Source of the DNA: Candidatus Doudnabacteria bacterium
Lineage (GTDB): Bacteria; Patescibacteriota; Doudnabacteria; UBA920; O2-02-FULL-48-8
Reading direction: 5' to 3'
Assembly (NCBI GenBank): GCA_016182875.1
Contig: JACPFQ010000010.1
Location: 1,268-65,267 of the forward strand
DNA length: 64,000 nt
Position 1 is the first letter of the stretch. Each line of letters opens with the position of its first letter. Positions 20,275-30,517 of the stretch are shown one piece after another. Made by a program: the position numbers and the translations under genes. The notes beneath the pieces were generated by a model that was not told the origin of the DNA, searched no databases, and saw only the letters and a list, made by a program, of their open reading frames with translations.

Positions 20275-20302
20275 TACTGCAATACGTTCCCGTATTGCAG
20301 TA
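20275..20302. repeat. 28-bp palindrome TACTGCAATACG-N4-CGTATTGCAGTA
   Basis: Identical at 30477-30504; variants at 56804, 57758, 60105, 62980, 63389. Confidence 0.85.
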
Positions 20303-20350
20303 TTAGGCAGCTATTCTAGTCAAAAAAAATAATCCGCTTAAGCCCAAAGC

Positions 20351-20749
20351 CTAAGCGGTGTGACCGACCTCGAGGTCGGCTATTGAGACAGGCCGAGTGC
20401 CCGGCTCTGCCCTTCCTCCAGCCTGCCACCGAACAACCGCCTTAAATGGCCGCGGAGGACGTCCGCCGTGTCTTCGCATGTCGCGAACTTCGTATCCGCT
20501 CAGAGCGTAGAGGTAAAGCACAGTGCCCGGATTGCCATACGCGCGTGAGCGGACCGTTTTGCCTACGTACTGCTCTTGAGCGGACTTGAGAATCGCGATA
20601 CGCTCGCTTTCGATAGTGCCGCCGGTGCCGTTGCCCATTTCAATGTAGCTAATCAGGCTTGCTGCTACCCGCAAAGTGGGCGGCACTTCGATACCACGCT
20701 CCCTGAGAAAATCGACCTGCCTGCCGATCGGAGGGGTCGGACGCTTCAT
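20351..20749 (-). CDS. Hypothetical protein
   Basis: Purine-rich AAGGGGG SD before MKRPTPP. Confidence 0.6.
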   Translation of the reverse strand: MKRPTPPIGRQVDFLRERGIEVPPTLRVAASLISYIEMGNGTGGTIESERIAILKSAQEQYVGKTVRSRAYGNPGTVLYLYALSGYEVRDMRRHGGRPPRPFKAVVRWQAGGRAEPGTRPVSIADLEVGHTA

Positions 20750-20789
20750 CTCATTTCCCCCTTTCATCCATAATGAAACATAATAGCAC

Positions 20790-20815
20790 GAAAAGCAGGC
20801 TTTCGCCTGCTTTTC
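20790..20815 (-). terminator. Terminator-like hairpin downstream of fusA
   Basis: GAAAAGCAGGC-GAAA-GCCTGCTTTTC perfect hairpin. Confidence 0.6.
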
Positions 20816-20917
20816 TGTTAAGCGCGACGGGTGGCACGTTTGTTGGGGACCCCGACAGCGCGCAACGACAGTGAGCACTGGCGGGGTAACAAACGTGACA
20901 GGACCCGTCGCTCAAAG

Positions 20918-23044
20918 CTACTTGCCTACCTGTCCCACTCTTATCTTGCCAGTACCTTCAATTATTTTCTCGGCCACGTTTTTGGGCACTTCTTCGTAGT
21001 GATGGAACTCCATGGTATACGAGGCCTGGCCCTGGGACATGGACCGGATTTGCGTGGCGTAGCCGAACATCTCGGCCAAAGGCACTTCCGCGTCCACCAC
21101 CTTCACATTGCCCCGGTCGGACATTTCCAAAATCTTGCCGCGCTTGGCGTTCAAATCTCCGATTACATCGCCCAAAGAAGTTTCCGGGGTTATGACTTCC
21201 ACTTTCATGATTGGCTCAAGTAAAATCGGCTGAGCTCTCCTGACCGCGTCCTGGAACGCCATGGATCCGGCTATTTTGAAGGCTATTTCAGACGAGTCAA
21301 CTTCGTGGTAACTGCCGTCAGTCAAAGTAACCTTCCAGTCAATCACCGGGAAGCCGGCCAAAACACCTCGGTCAGCCGCCTCCCTGATTCCCTTTTCAAT
21401 CGGGTTTATATACTCTTTGGGAATCGTTCCGCCCACTATTTCATTGATGAACTCGGCTCCCTTGCCTGGCTCATTGGCCTCAAGATTGATTACGACGTGG
21501 CCATACTGGCCTCTACCTCCGGTCTGCCGGATATACTTGCCTTCCGCTTCAGACTTTCCTTTGATGGTTTCTTTATACGCAACCTGCGGCCGGCCGACGT
21601 TGGCCTCAACTTTGAACTCCCGCTTCATGCGGTCAACCAAAATTTCCAAATGCAATTCGCCCATGCCGGAAATCAAAGTCTGCTGGGTTTCTTCGTCAGA
21701 CTTTATTTTAAAGGTCGGGTCTTCTTCCGAAAGTTTCTGCAAAGCCAGACCCATTTTTTCCTGGTCAGCTTTGGTTTTCGGCTCGATTGCCACCGAAATC
21801 ACCGGTTCGGGGAATTTAATCGCCTCAAGAAGAATCGGATGCTCCAAATCGCAAAGCGTATCCCCGGTAAAAGTTTCTTTGGGGCCGACCAAGGCTGCGA
21901 TATCTCCGGCGAAAACTTCCTTGATGTCTTCACGCTCGTCGGCATGCATGCGGACCACGCGGCCGACCCGTTCTTTGTTGGTGCTGCGGGTATTTAAGAT
22001 ATAACTGCCCGCAGTAAGCGTGCCGGAATAAACGCGGAAGAAGGCCAGCTTTCCCACAAACGGGTCAGTGGCGATTTTGAACGCCAAAGCCGTGAACGGC
22101 TCTGAATCAGAAGGTTTGCGCACCAGTTCTTCTTTGGTTTTGGGATTGATGCCTTTGACATCCCCCCTATCAATCGGGCTTGGCAGAAAGTTGGCTACGG
22201 CATCAAGCAGGGTTTGCACAACAATACCTCGGCCATCGCCGCCCAACACCGGATAAAACTTGCCGGACTGCGTGGCTTTGCGGATGGCGGTCAGGAACTC
22301 CTGTTCATTCAACTCTTGGCCATTTAGATATTTTTCCATAAAAGCGTCGTCCGACTCAACAACCTTTTCCATAAGTTTGTGCCGCCAGGCTTTGGCTTTT
22401 TCCACTAAATCGTCCGGGATTTCGCCGACAGTAAATTCCTTGTCCGTGTATTGCTTGTAAATGTAAGATTTCATGGTCACCAAATCCACAACACCCGAGA
22501 CATCCTTTTCGAAGCCAATGGGAATTTGAATAGGGTGAGCGTGCGGAGAAAGTCTTCTGTGAATCGCATCCAATGATTTATAAAAATCCCCGCCGGTCTG
22601 GTTTATCTTATTAATAAAGCACATGCGGGGAACATGATATTTATCTGCTTGTCTCCAGACTGTTTCGGATTGGGGTTCCACTCCCATTTTGCCGTCAAAG
22701 ATAACGACCGCGCCGTCGAGCACGCGCAAGGAGCGTTCGACTTCGACTGTAAAGTCCACATGCCCTGGAGTGTCGATAATATTGATTTTATGTTTAGTCT
22801 CAGCGCCAAGCTTGATAAGCTTAGGCGTCCAATAGCAGGTCACCGCCGCAGCCGTAATGGTAATGCCGCGCTCGCGCTCCTGCTCCATCCAGTCCGTCAC
22901 CGTTTCTCCTTCGTGAACCGAGCCGATTTTATGAATGAGGCCAGTATTATACAAAATACCCTCAGTGACTGTGGTCTTGCCGGCATCTATATGCGCTATG
23001 ATGCCAATGTTGCGCGTTGATTCAATTGGATACTCGCGTGGCAT
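20918..23044 (-). CDS. fusA: Elongation factor G
   Basis: [24 protein letters not shown]; start at MPREYP. Confidence 0.99.
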   Translation of the reverse strand: MPREYPIESTRNIGIIAHIDAGKTTVTEGILYNTGLIHKIGSVHEGETVTDWMEQERERGITITAAAVTCYWTPKLIKLGAETKHKINIIDTPGHVDFTVEVERSLRVLDGAVVIFDGKMGVEPQSETVWRQADKYHVPRMCFINKINQTGGDFYKSLDAIHRRLSPHAHPIQIPIGFEKDVSGVVDLVTMKSYIYKQYTDKEFTVGEIPDDLVEKAKAWRHKLMEKVVESDDAFMEKYLNGQELNEQEFLTAIRKATQSGKFYPVLGGDGRGIVVQTLLDAVANFLPSPIDRGDVKGINPKTKEELVRKPSDSEPFTALAFKIATDPFVGKLAFFRVYSGTLTAGSYILNTRSTNKERVGRVVRMHADEREDIKEVFAGDIAALVGPKETFTGDTLCDLEHPILLEAIKFPEPVISVAIEPKTKADQEKMGLALQKLSEEDPTFKIKSDEETQQTLISGMGELHLEILVDRMKREFKVEANVGRPQVAYKETIKGKSEAEGKYIRQTGGRGQYGHVVINLEANEPGKGAEFINEIVGGTIPKEYINPIEKGIREAADRGVLAGFPVIDWKVTLTDGSYHEVDSSEIAFKIAGSMAFQDAVRRAQPILLEPIMKVEVITPETSLGDVIGDLNAKRGKILEMSDRGNVKVVDAEVPLAEMFGYATQIRSMSQGQASYTMEFHHYEEVPKNVAEKIIEGTGKIRVGQVGK

Positions 23045-23045
23045 A

Positions 23046-23543
23046 TTACCTTCTCTGGAACCTCGCAAAGTGCGCAAAGGCTTTGTTAGCCTCAGCCATC
23101 TTATGCGTGTCTTCGCGTTTCTTCATGGCAGTGCCTATTTTGTTATACGCGTCCATCAGTTCATCCGCGAGCTTGGCAGCCATGGGCCTGCCTTTTTTGG
23201 CGCGGGCCGCGGCAATCACCCACTTCATGCCCAGAGTCGTTCGGCGCGGTTCCGCTACTTCCATGGGCACCTGATAGTTGGCGCCCCCGATTCTCCGGCC
23301 TTTGACTTCCACCATAGGTGAAACGTTTTTTATGGCCTGCTCGAAAATTGCTTTCGGCTCTGCTTTCGGGTCGGACTTCATTTTGTCTTGAATCAAATCC
23401 AAGGCCGCATAAACAATCTTCTGGGCCACGGATTTTTTGCCGCGCTCCATGACGTAGTTTATAAACTTGGCGACTTTAAGACTGTTGTACTTGTAGTCCG
23501 ATGTCGCAGGATGTCGTTTGTAAGTTCTGGCTTTCCTAGGCAT
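23046..23543 (-). CDS. rpsG: 30S ribosomal protein S7
   Basis: [30 protein letters not shown]. Confidence 0.98.
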   Translation of the reverse strand: MPRKARTYKRHPATSDYKYNSLKVAKFINYVMERGKKSVAQKIVYAALDLIQDKMKSDPKAEPKAIFEQAIKNVSPMVEVKGRRIGGANYQVPMEVAEPRRTTLGMKWVIAAARAKKGRPMAAKLADELMDAYNKIGTAMKKREDTHKMAEANKAFAHFARFQRR

Positions 23544-23632
23544 AGTGAGAATTTTGAATGATTATTTTTGAATTTTGATTCAAATTCGAATTTCAGAAAT
23601 TAGAATATTCATTCGAAATTCTAAAATCGAAA

Positions 23633-24046
23633 TTAGCTTTTCTTCGCTCCATATTTAGATCGTCCGCGCTTTCGCCCGTCCACGCCAGCCGTGTCCAGTT
23701 TTCCTCGAACTATGTGATACCGCACGCCTGGCAAATCTTTGACCCTGCCGCCGCGGATCATAACCACCGAGTGTTCTTGAAGATTATGGCCAATGCCTGG
23801 AATATAAGCCGTGACTTCCATGCCATTGGAAAGGCGAACCCTGGCAATCTTTCTGATTGCCGAATTTGGCTTTTTGGGAGTCGTGGTTGTGACTTTGATG
23901 CAGACCCCGCGCTTGAACGGACTGCCTTTGGCGAAAGTGTAAGGGCGGCCGGCGAGCAGGTTGAAACCGCGGTCCAGAGCCGGAGTTTTGGACTTGGCCC
24001 GAAGCGGGTGTCGTCCGTGTCGAACTAATTGATTAATGGTTGGCAT
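23633..24046 (-). CDS. rpsL: 30S ribosomal protein S12
   Basis: [24 protein letters not shown]. Confidence 0.99.
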   Translation of the reverse strand: MPTINQLVRHGRHPLRAKSKTPALDRGFNLLAGRPYTFAKGSPFKRGVCIKVTTTTPKKPNSAIRKIARVRLSNGMEVTAYIPGIGHNLQEHSVVMIRGGRVKDLPGVRYHIVRGKLDTAGVDGRKRGRSKYGAKKS

Positions 24047-24271
24047 AGTATTATCACTTCAGTTTAGACTCCCCTCTCCTTCCAGGAGAGAAATTCTCTA
24101 CCTCACCAGCTGCCGAGAGCTGGTCGGGGGAGAGGTGGCTTAAGTTTGCCATGCCCACCCCACCCTTTAATCCCTCCCCTGGAAGGGGAGGGAAATTATA
24201 ATTTGTTAAAAGTCTGAGCAAATAAAAACGGTCATAAGACCGCGTGCAACTCTACGCAGGTTTCGAAACAA

Positions 24272-24300
24272 AGAATAACAATTTCCGCCAGCCTTGTCAA
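24272..24300 (-). promoter_or_regulatory. Sigma70-like promoter of the str operon
   Basis: TTGACA-17-TATTCT; overlaps a divergent TTGTCA-17-TATGAT. Confidence 0.55.
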
Positions 24301-24486
24301 ATGGCGGGGCTTATGGTATGATATCGGGTCGACAATTTAAGGAGGGTCGACAATCGTTCTTTCCACCACCTCGCCGTTGGCGGGGTATTATCAACCTGGC
24401 TAAAACTAGCTAAAAGCCATATCACTACCCGCGTATGCTCTACCGACTGTACCCGTAGGCAACAGCATTCCGCACAAGGACCACGC

Positions 24487-24660
24487 ATGACTAAGGATCT
24501 CTTGATCGCAACAACGGTCATCCCCCTGGTGGTGTGGGGCTACCCCGTGGTCATGGGGCCACCGCACAATTGGGCTGACGGACTCGTTCTTGGAGGCTTG
24601 CTTGCGGCCCTGTACTGGGCGTGGGCAAGGTTAGGACGACAATCCGCTCAAGGAGGATAA
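24487..24660 (+). CDS. 57-aa membrane microprotein with two hydrophobic segments (below ORF-track cutoff)
   Basis: AAGGA SD; MTKDLLIATTVIPLVVWGYPVV...LVLGGLLAALYWAW; followed by GC hairpin and T-run. Confidence 0.5.
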   Translation: MTKDLLIATTVIPLVVWGYPVVMGPPHNWADGLVLGGLLAALYWAWARLGRQSAQGG

Positions 24661-24797
24661 GCGCAGCTAGATAGCAGGCGCCGGGGTGAGGACCGCAAGT
24701 CCCACTCCCGCGCCGATTTTTTTATTTTGCGAAGCAAAAATAGAATCACGACTTATAAAATGCTATAGCATATTTTAAGTCCAAAGCACTTAAATAA

Positions 24798-25442
24798 TTA
24801 AAAACCCGAAGTTACATCTGTACCCAGAAACAACCTCAGCAAGAAAAAGACAGGGGGCAGAAGCACTGTCTGCAGAAGCCCGGAAAACATAAAAAGAATA
24901 ATTAAAATGAACCCGAACCGCTCCAAAGCCAAAATAGAGTACATCCAATTGCGGTCAATGAAACCAAAAATGCTGGCTAAAACCTTGGAACCATCCAGCG
25001 GCGGAATGGGAATCATGTTAAACACTCCCAAGACGATATTTAATAAAACCGTTTGAACCAATAATTTCTCACCCATTGCCGAAAGGTTCGGGCTTAGGCG
25101 AAAAACTTGGGCGGCGAGAAATGCCAGGGCAATGTTGGTTAAAGGGCCGGCTAGTGCGATTAAAAACATATCGCGCCTGAGGTTGCGCAGATTTCGGTAA
25201 TCAATCGGGACCGGTTTGGCCGCGCCAAACACAAATTGTCCCGCGGTTGCCCAATACAGAAACATGGGCAGCAAGATAGACCCGAAGAGGTCAATGTGCG
25301 GAATGGGATTAAGCGTGAGCCGTCCAGCATAACGCGCAGTCGGGTCGCCAAGTTTTTCAGCCACCAACCCATGCGCCACTTCGTGGAAGATGACGGAAAA
25401 CAAAAGAATAAAGATAAAGACAATTATGCTTAGCGGGTCCAT
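24798..25442 (-). CDS. Site-2 protease, peptidase M50
   Basis: HEVAH, AGP, NMIPIPPLDG; start at MDPLS. Confidence 0.93.
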   Translation of the reverse strand: MDPLSIIVFIFILLFSVIFHEVAHGLVAEKLGDPTARYAGRLTLNPIPHIDLFGSILLPMFLYWATAGQFVFGAAKPVPIDYRNLRNLRRDMFLIALAGPLTNIALAFLAAQVFRLSPNLSAMGEKLLVQTVLLNIVLGVFNMIPIPPLDGSKVLASIFGFIDRNWMYSILALERFGFILIILFMFSGLLQTVLLPPVFFLLRLFLGTDVTSGF

Positions 25443-25461
25443 TGCTTTGTTGGAAACGTAA

Positions 25462-25935
25462 CCCTGAACTTGATTCAGGGTCTCGTCTTGAGCAGGCAAT
25501 ACCTCACCGGCCGCCGGGGGCTGTTCCTGATTTTCGTCAGGATTACGATAATGCTCTTGCTTAATGACAAAAACTCTGCTAATATATCCTAGCGTCAAAT
25601 TAATTCTTTCACAACTATGCGAAAATGCAATATCTGCGGCAAAGGCTATATGAATACGGTGAGACGCTCACACTCGATGCAGGCCAACAAAGTTCGGCTC
25701 TATCCGAATTTGCAATGGCTCAAACTCCCACACGGACAGCGAATCAAGGCCTGCACCAAGTGCATGAAAACCTATCACCGGAAGATGGTGGTCGCCGCAC
25801 CCGCCTTCGCTGAAGCTTCGGCGGGCAAGTAAAAATCTCTAGGAATACTAGAGATTTTTTGTTTGTTTAACCCTCACCGCACCCCTGAACTTGATTCAGG
25901 GTCTCAAGATGAGATCCTGACTTTCGTCAGGATTG
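25462..25935. repeat. Two copies of CCTGAACTTGATTCAGG...CCTGAYTTTCGTCAGG element flanking rpmB
   Basis: 25462-25545 and 25883-25935; related element at 50909-50969. Confidence 0.7.
25617..25832 (+). CDS. rpmB: 50S ribosomal protein L28
   Basis: CNICGK, RSHS, PNLQ, CTKC; C-terminal tail encoded by a palindromic element. Confidence 0.93.
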   Translation: MRKCNICGKGYMNTVRRSHSMQANKVRLYPNLQWLKLPHGQRIKACTKCMKTYHRKMVVAAPAFAEASAGK

Positions 25936-25968
25936 CGTGACTCATTTTTCTAGTGCCATAATATATTT

Positions 25969-27450
25969 ATGCTTTCATATCTTAGAAACCTCTCCATGTA
26001 CCGGCTGATGCTCTATTACCTGCGGGCCCTGATCGCCGCGGCCGTGGTCTTGAGCTTCTTCGAAATTCTGCCTTATACCTGGTGGCATATTTTGGCCATT
26101 CTTTTCTATTTGATTGCCGTGTGTTTCACTGCCAATCAAATTTTTGCCAGGCTCTTTAAGGTTAAAACCAACTACGAGTCCCAGTTCATCACGGCCGAAA
26201 TTTTAACTCTGATTATCGGTCCGTATTTTTCCATTCCGCTGCTTCTACCGCTCACAGTCGCGGGCGTTGCTGCCATGGCATCCAAATACATCTTCGTTTA
26301 TCAAAAGCGGCATATCTTCAACCCCGCAGCGGCCGGCGCTTTGGCCATGGCGCTTACTGCCCATGAAATTGCGAGCTGGTGGGTGGGCAATCTTTACCTT
26401 TTGCCGGTCATTGCCATTGGCGGAATTATTATGATGTGGAAGCTTCGCTGGTGGCACCTCTCCCTGACTTTTTTATTAAGTTATCTTATCCTGCTGCCGG
26501 TGAGTTTCATCAATCTGGCTTCACTTGAAAACTTAAAATATCCGTTTGCAACTATCATTTCTCCGCTGGCATTCTTCGCTTTTGTCATGCTCGTTGAACC
26601 CCTTACTGCTCCCGGGAGAAAAAAATTGCGGATAATTTATGGGCTTGGCACAGCATTTATCTTGGTTTTGTACCAGCGGTTCGTGTCGGCCCCCTATACT
26701 TTAGAGCTGGCTTTGCTTTCCGGCAACATCTTGGGGCGATTTTTAGATCCCAAACCCACGATCATCTTGAAGTTTCAGAAAAAACTGGAAGTCGCCAAGA
26801 ATATTTACGCTTTTTACTTCGAACCCCTCAAACAATTCAGATTTATTCCAGGCCAATTTTTGGAATGGCAGCTGCAGCATCCCCATGCAGACAGCCGAGG
26901 GACAAGGCGGTGGTTTACCATTTCCTCTTCTCCCACCCAGCCGGAAATCATTTTGACCACTAAGTTTGCAGAAAACGGGAGCACTTTTAAATCTGCGCTC
27001 AAACAGCTTTCACAAGGCGATGAGCTGACGGCCGTAGGCCCTGCCGGCGACTTTGTCTTGCCGCCTGACAAAAGCAGAAAACTGGCCTTTATAGCCGGCG
27101 GCATCGGCGTTACCCCGTTCGTCAGCATCATCAATGATCTTTTGGACACGAATCAGCTCCGCGACATAATTCTTCTGTACGCGGCCAAAACGGCGGATGA
27201 GTTCGCCTTCCAGAATGCCTTTAGTGAGGCCAAAAAAATCGGCGTCAATGCCGTTTATATCCCCACTGACGAGCAGGGCTTCATTACCCCCCAAACCATC
27301 AAGGAAAAAATTCTAGACTGGCCGGAAAGGTTGTTTTACGTTTCTGGCCCCGAACCGATGGTCGAAGCTTACGAGAAGATGCTCTCGTCCATGGGAATAA
27401 AAAATATCAAGCGCGATTACTTCCCGGGTTACGAAGAACCAATCAAATAG
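25969..27450 (+). CDS. RnfD/NqrB-like membrane domain fused to an FNR-type FAD/NAD(P)-binding reductase
   Basis: SKY...HIFNPAA, MLVEPLTAP; PGQF, RWFTISS, AGGIGVTP, YVSGP. Confidence 0.82.
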   Translation: MLSYLRNLSMYRLMLYYLRALIAAAVVLSFFEILPYTWWHILAILFYLIAVCFTANQIFARLFKVKTNYESQFITAEILTLIIGPYFSIPLLLPLTVAGVAAMASKYIFVYQKRHIFNPAAAGALAMALTAHEIASWWVGNLYLLPVIAIGGIIMMWKLRWWHLSLTFLLSYLILLPVSFINLASLENLKYPFATIISPLAFFAFVMLVEPLTAPGRKKLRIIYGLGTAFILVLYQRFVSAPYTLELALLSGNILGRFLDPKPTIILKFQKKLEVAKNIYAFYFEPLKQFRFIPGQFLEWQLQHPHADSRGTRRWFTISSSPTQPEIILTTKFAENGSTFKSALKQLSQGDELTAVGPAGDFVLPPDKSRKLAFIAGGIGVTPFVSIINDLLDTNQLRDIILLYAAKTADEFAFQNAFSEAKKIGVNAVYIPTDEQGFITPQTIKEKILDWPERLFYVSGPEPMVEAYEKMLSSMGIKNIKRDYFPGYEEPIK

Positions 27451-29743
27451 CGGTAACCATTTCCTTGACCCAAATCGATTTGCTGGCCATAAACTCAAAG
27501 CAAGAATCCGCTGGCAGAGGAGGGCTGAACAAATAACCCTGGGCCCTGTCGCAGTGGTTTTTAATCAGGAACTCAAGCTGACGTTTGTTCTCGACTCCTT
27601 CGGCCACCGCCACTTTACCCAAATTATGAGCTAGTTGAATGATTGTTATGGCAATCGCGCGGTCATGCGCGTTATTGGGAATGCCAGCGACGAATGACCG
27701 GTCGATCTTTAAAACATCAATGTTGAATTGCTTGACGTAGCTCAGGGAAGAATAGCCGGTATTAAAGTCATCAATGGTGAAGTTAACTCCGATTCTTCCC
27801 AGCTCCTCCATAATGCGCCGCACCAAATCCGCTTCCGCAAGCAAAGTTCTTTCCGTCAGTTCCAATTCCAAAAGCTTGCTGGGCAGCCGGTATTTTTGCA
27901 GCCAACCCGAGATTTTTTGGCCCAAGTCAGTCTGGTTGAATTGGCGTGAAGATAAGTTCACGGCAACACCGACCGGCAAACCGCTTTTGTGCCATTCGGC
28001 AGTTTGGGCAATGGCTTTTTCCAAAGCATAGTCTCCTATTTCATCTATCATTCCCGTGACTTCGGCAAGCTCGATGAACTCAGAGGGCCTGACCAAGCCC
28101 ATGGTCGGATGCTGCCAGCGAAGCAAGGCTTCATTTTTTATTATTTTGCCGCCGGACAGCTCGATCTGCGGTTCAAAATAAACCAGCATCTCGCGATTTT
28201 GGATCGAGCGCCGCAGGGCATTTTCCATGGTCAATTGCTGGAAAGTCGTACTTGCCAGCGACTCAGTATAAAATTGAAAATTGTTCCGACCCAGGCCCTT
28301 GGCTCGATGGAGCGCTGCTTTGGCCGTATTAAGCAGGCTTGAAGCGTCAGCGGCATCATTCGGGAAGGAACTGATGCCAATGCTGGCCGTAACATGCAAT
28401 TCGTACCCGTCAATCACGAAGGGTTTTTTGAGGCTTTCCAAAATGTCTTCGGCGGTGTTCAGCGCATTTTGCCGCTCACTTGTTTCATTGACCAAAACCG
28501 CAAATTCATCGCCACCCGAACGAGCCATAAAAGAACCGATATCAATAACCGACCTTATCCTTGCCGCAACAAACTTAAGCAAATCCTCGGCCAAAATATG
28601 ACCAAGTGAATCGTTAATAGTCTTGAAACGGTCTAAATCAATGTTCAATAACGCATAAGACTGCTTAATTTTGCTTTCGGTCAAAAGTTTGCTCATGTGT
28701 TCAAAAAAATAGAAGCGGTTGGGAAGATCGGTTAAAGAATCATAATATATCCGATGCTGAGCCTGCGTTTGAGCCTCCTCTCCTTCTTCAATGCTTGCCG
28801 CCATAATGAGGCTGGTCATGCTAAACACAAAAAAATAGACCAAAAGTAAAATCAAATTTACTTCTAGCGAATCGTTACCAGTAAACGGTCCGCGGTGAGC
28901 AAAAGTTCCTATAACGGCAATGGTGGCAATCACAAAGTTGGCCGTCACAGCCCCGATTGGTCGAAGCCTCAACCCGGCCCAGACTATAAACGGAAGCATC
29001 AGGTAAGCGTAAGGCGAGATCGTCTCCGGTATACGCAGGAAAATTATACCTGCCGTCATAAGCAGCAGAAGAAAAAACAAACGGGCTTCCCAGAGCTTGG
29101 AAGCCAAAAAATTTCTCGATTCCCTATTTGCCCAAACCAATATCAGCGGAGCTACAAGCAGGATGCCGGCCATGTCACCCAGCCACCAGACCAGCCAAAT
29201 CCGGGCAAACTGCTCCCAGGCTATGATTTGCGAAATTGCCAGATTCAAAGTTCCTAAGATCGAACCGATAAGCGAGGATAAAAAGGCTCCAGCCACGACA
29301 AAAGCTATAACGTCACGAACTCGACCAAGGCCATTTTTGAAGCCTAATTTTTCTTTCAATAGGTAAGCGCCAGCAAGCCCCACGGCTGTATTGCTGACCG
29401 CGATTCCAACGGCAGTCAGGAAAGGTTCCCGCGCCATGACATTGGCGGCGAACGCTCCAATCAAAATACCCGGCCAAATTCGGTAGCCAAAAATCAAAAG
29501 GCCCGCAAGCGCAATCCCGCTTGGAGCCCAAATCGCGGTAACCTGCTCGGTCGATTGAGCCAGAGATAAGCCCAGCCTTGCGGTCAAAAAATAAATTATG
29601 GCCAAAATCAATATTCGCTTGAGCAAAATTCTTTGGTTCAGCGAATTTTTTAGCGAGTCATAGTGCAACAAAAAAAAGCGCCAGAAACGCACCCTCGAAA
29701 AAGGAAAAGTGAAATTATTCGGCAATACCCGCATATTTACCAC
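27443..29743 (-). CDS. MASE1-GGDEF-EAL diguanylate cyclase/phosphodiesterase (true start probably about 120 nt downstream)
   Basis: WAPSG, WWLGD, GGDEF, EALLRW, DDF, LKIDRSF, VAEGVE. Confidence 0.93.
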   Translation of the reverse strand: MVNMRVLPNNFTFPFSRVRFWRFFLLHYDSLKNSLNQRILLKRILILAIIYFLTARLGLSLAQSTEQVTAIWAPSGIALAGLLIFGYRIWPGILIGAFAANVMAREPFLTAVGIAVSNTAVGLAGAYLLKEKLGFKNGLGRVRDVIAFVVAGAFLSSLIGSILGTLNLAISQIIAWEQFARIWLVWWLGDMAGILLVAPLILVWANRESRNFLASKLWEARLFFLLLLMTAGIIFLRIPETISPYAYLMLPFIVWAGLRLRPIGAVTANFVIATIAVIGTFAHRGPFTGNDSLEVNLILLLVYFFVFSMTSLIMAASIEEGEEAQTQAQHRIYYDSLTDLPNRFYFFEHMSKLLTESKIKQSYALLNIDLDRFKTINDSLGHILAEDLLKFVAARIRSVIDIGSFMARSGGDEFAVLVNETSERQNALNTAEDILESLKKPFVIDGYELHVTASIGISSFPNDAADASSLLNTAKAALHRAKGLGRNNFQFYTESLASTTFQQLTMENALRRSIQNREMLVYFEPQIELSGGKIIKNEALLRWQHPTMGLVRPSEFIELAEVTGMIDEIGDYALEKAIAQTAEWHKSGLPVGVAVNLSSRQFNQTDLGQKISGWLQKYRLPSKLLELELTERTLLAEADLVRRIMEELGRIGVNFTIDDFNTGYSSLSYVKQFNIDVLKIDRSFVAGIPNNAHDRAIAITIIQLAHNLGKVAVAEGVENKRQLEFLIKNHCDRAQGYLFSPPLPADSCFEFMASKSIWVKEMVTAI

Positions 29744-29836
29744 TTAATGATAAATAAATTAGGTATTTGGGGCTTCTGCCGAAAGAAATAAAAAAAACTT
29801 TCAAAGTCCGAAGTTTTTTGTACCTTTGCACAAAAA

Positions 29837-30139
29837 TTACTTATCATCTCTCCGTCGCAAGCGATTGATTTGTTTAACCATGAGAAAAACCGCAAAAGCG
29901 ACAATCAGGAAATTGATGACAGCGTTTAAAAAAGCGCCGTAGCGCAAAACCGCTTTTCCGGGCAGGCCCAGAGCCAGTTTGCTTAAATCCACATGCCCGG
30001 TCAGCGTGCTCAAAACCGGCGTGAATATGTCGTTGACCAAAGAATTGACAATGGTCGTGAATGCCGCGCCAATAATCACGCCTACCGCCAGATCAAGCGC
30101 GTTGCCTTTGACCGCGAACTCTTTGAACTCCTTCAGCAT
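29837..30139 (-). CDS. mscL: Large-conductance mechanosensitive channel
   Basis: [29 protein letters not shown]. Confidence 0.95.
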   Translation of the reverse strand: MLKEFKEFAVKGNALDLAVGVIIGAAFTTIVNSLVNDIFTPVLSTLTGHVDLSKLALGLPGKAVLRYGAFLNAVINFLIVAFAVFLMVKQINRLRRRDDK

Positions 30140-30324
30140 TATTTCCTTTTTTTCGTGATTGCGTCGCGAACCACCAGCCCATGACTAGCCCTTTTGACCA
30201 GCACCCTTTGTCGTTCCTTCCATCCCAGGGCGCGGACAAGCGACGGCGGCAGGACCACGGCCAGCGAAGCTTTGCCCAAGCGAATCAGATGCTGGGCGGA
30301 TTTTCTTGGTTTTGATTTCGCCAT
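30139..30324 (-). CDS. AbrB/MazE-like DNA-binding protein
   Basis: [11 protein letters not shown]...LGW swapped-hairpin pattern. Confidence 0.65.
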   Translation of the reverse strand: MAKSKPRKSAQHLIRLGKASLAVVLPPSLVRALGWKERQRVLVKRASHGLVVRDAITKKRK

Positions 30325-30517
30325 TTGGTTCCTTTCAAATTAGTTATACTTGTGCTTAACATTTTACTCCTTAGCTTATTGCTTGCCAAGTTTTTAATCA
30401 GTCTAATGTTTGGTGTAATTACACCATTTGTTAGACTAAACACGCCGATTCAAAATCCAAATCTTGAATCTTGCCCTACTGCAATACGTTCCCGTATTGC
30501 AGTACTACTCAAATTCC

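Noticed and set aside
18800-20780. Prophage
   Set aside because: No integrase, terminase, structural or replication genes recognised.
20822-20913. SRP RNA or 6S RNA
   Set aside because: No SRP domain IV motif recognised; too short for 6S.
29640-29836. c-di-GMP riboswitch upstream of the GGDEF-EAL gene
   Set aside because: No convincing GEMM-type pattern visible by eye.
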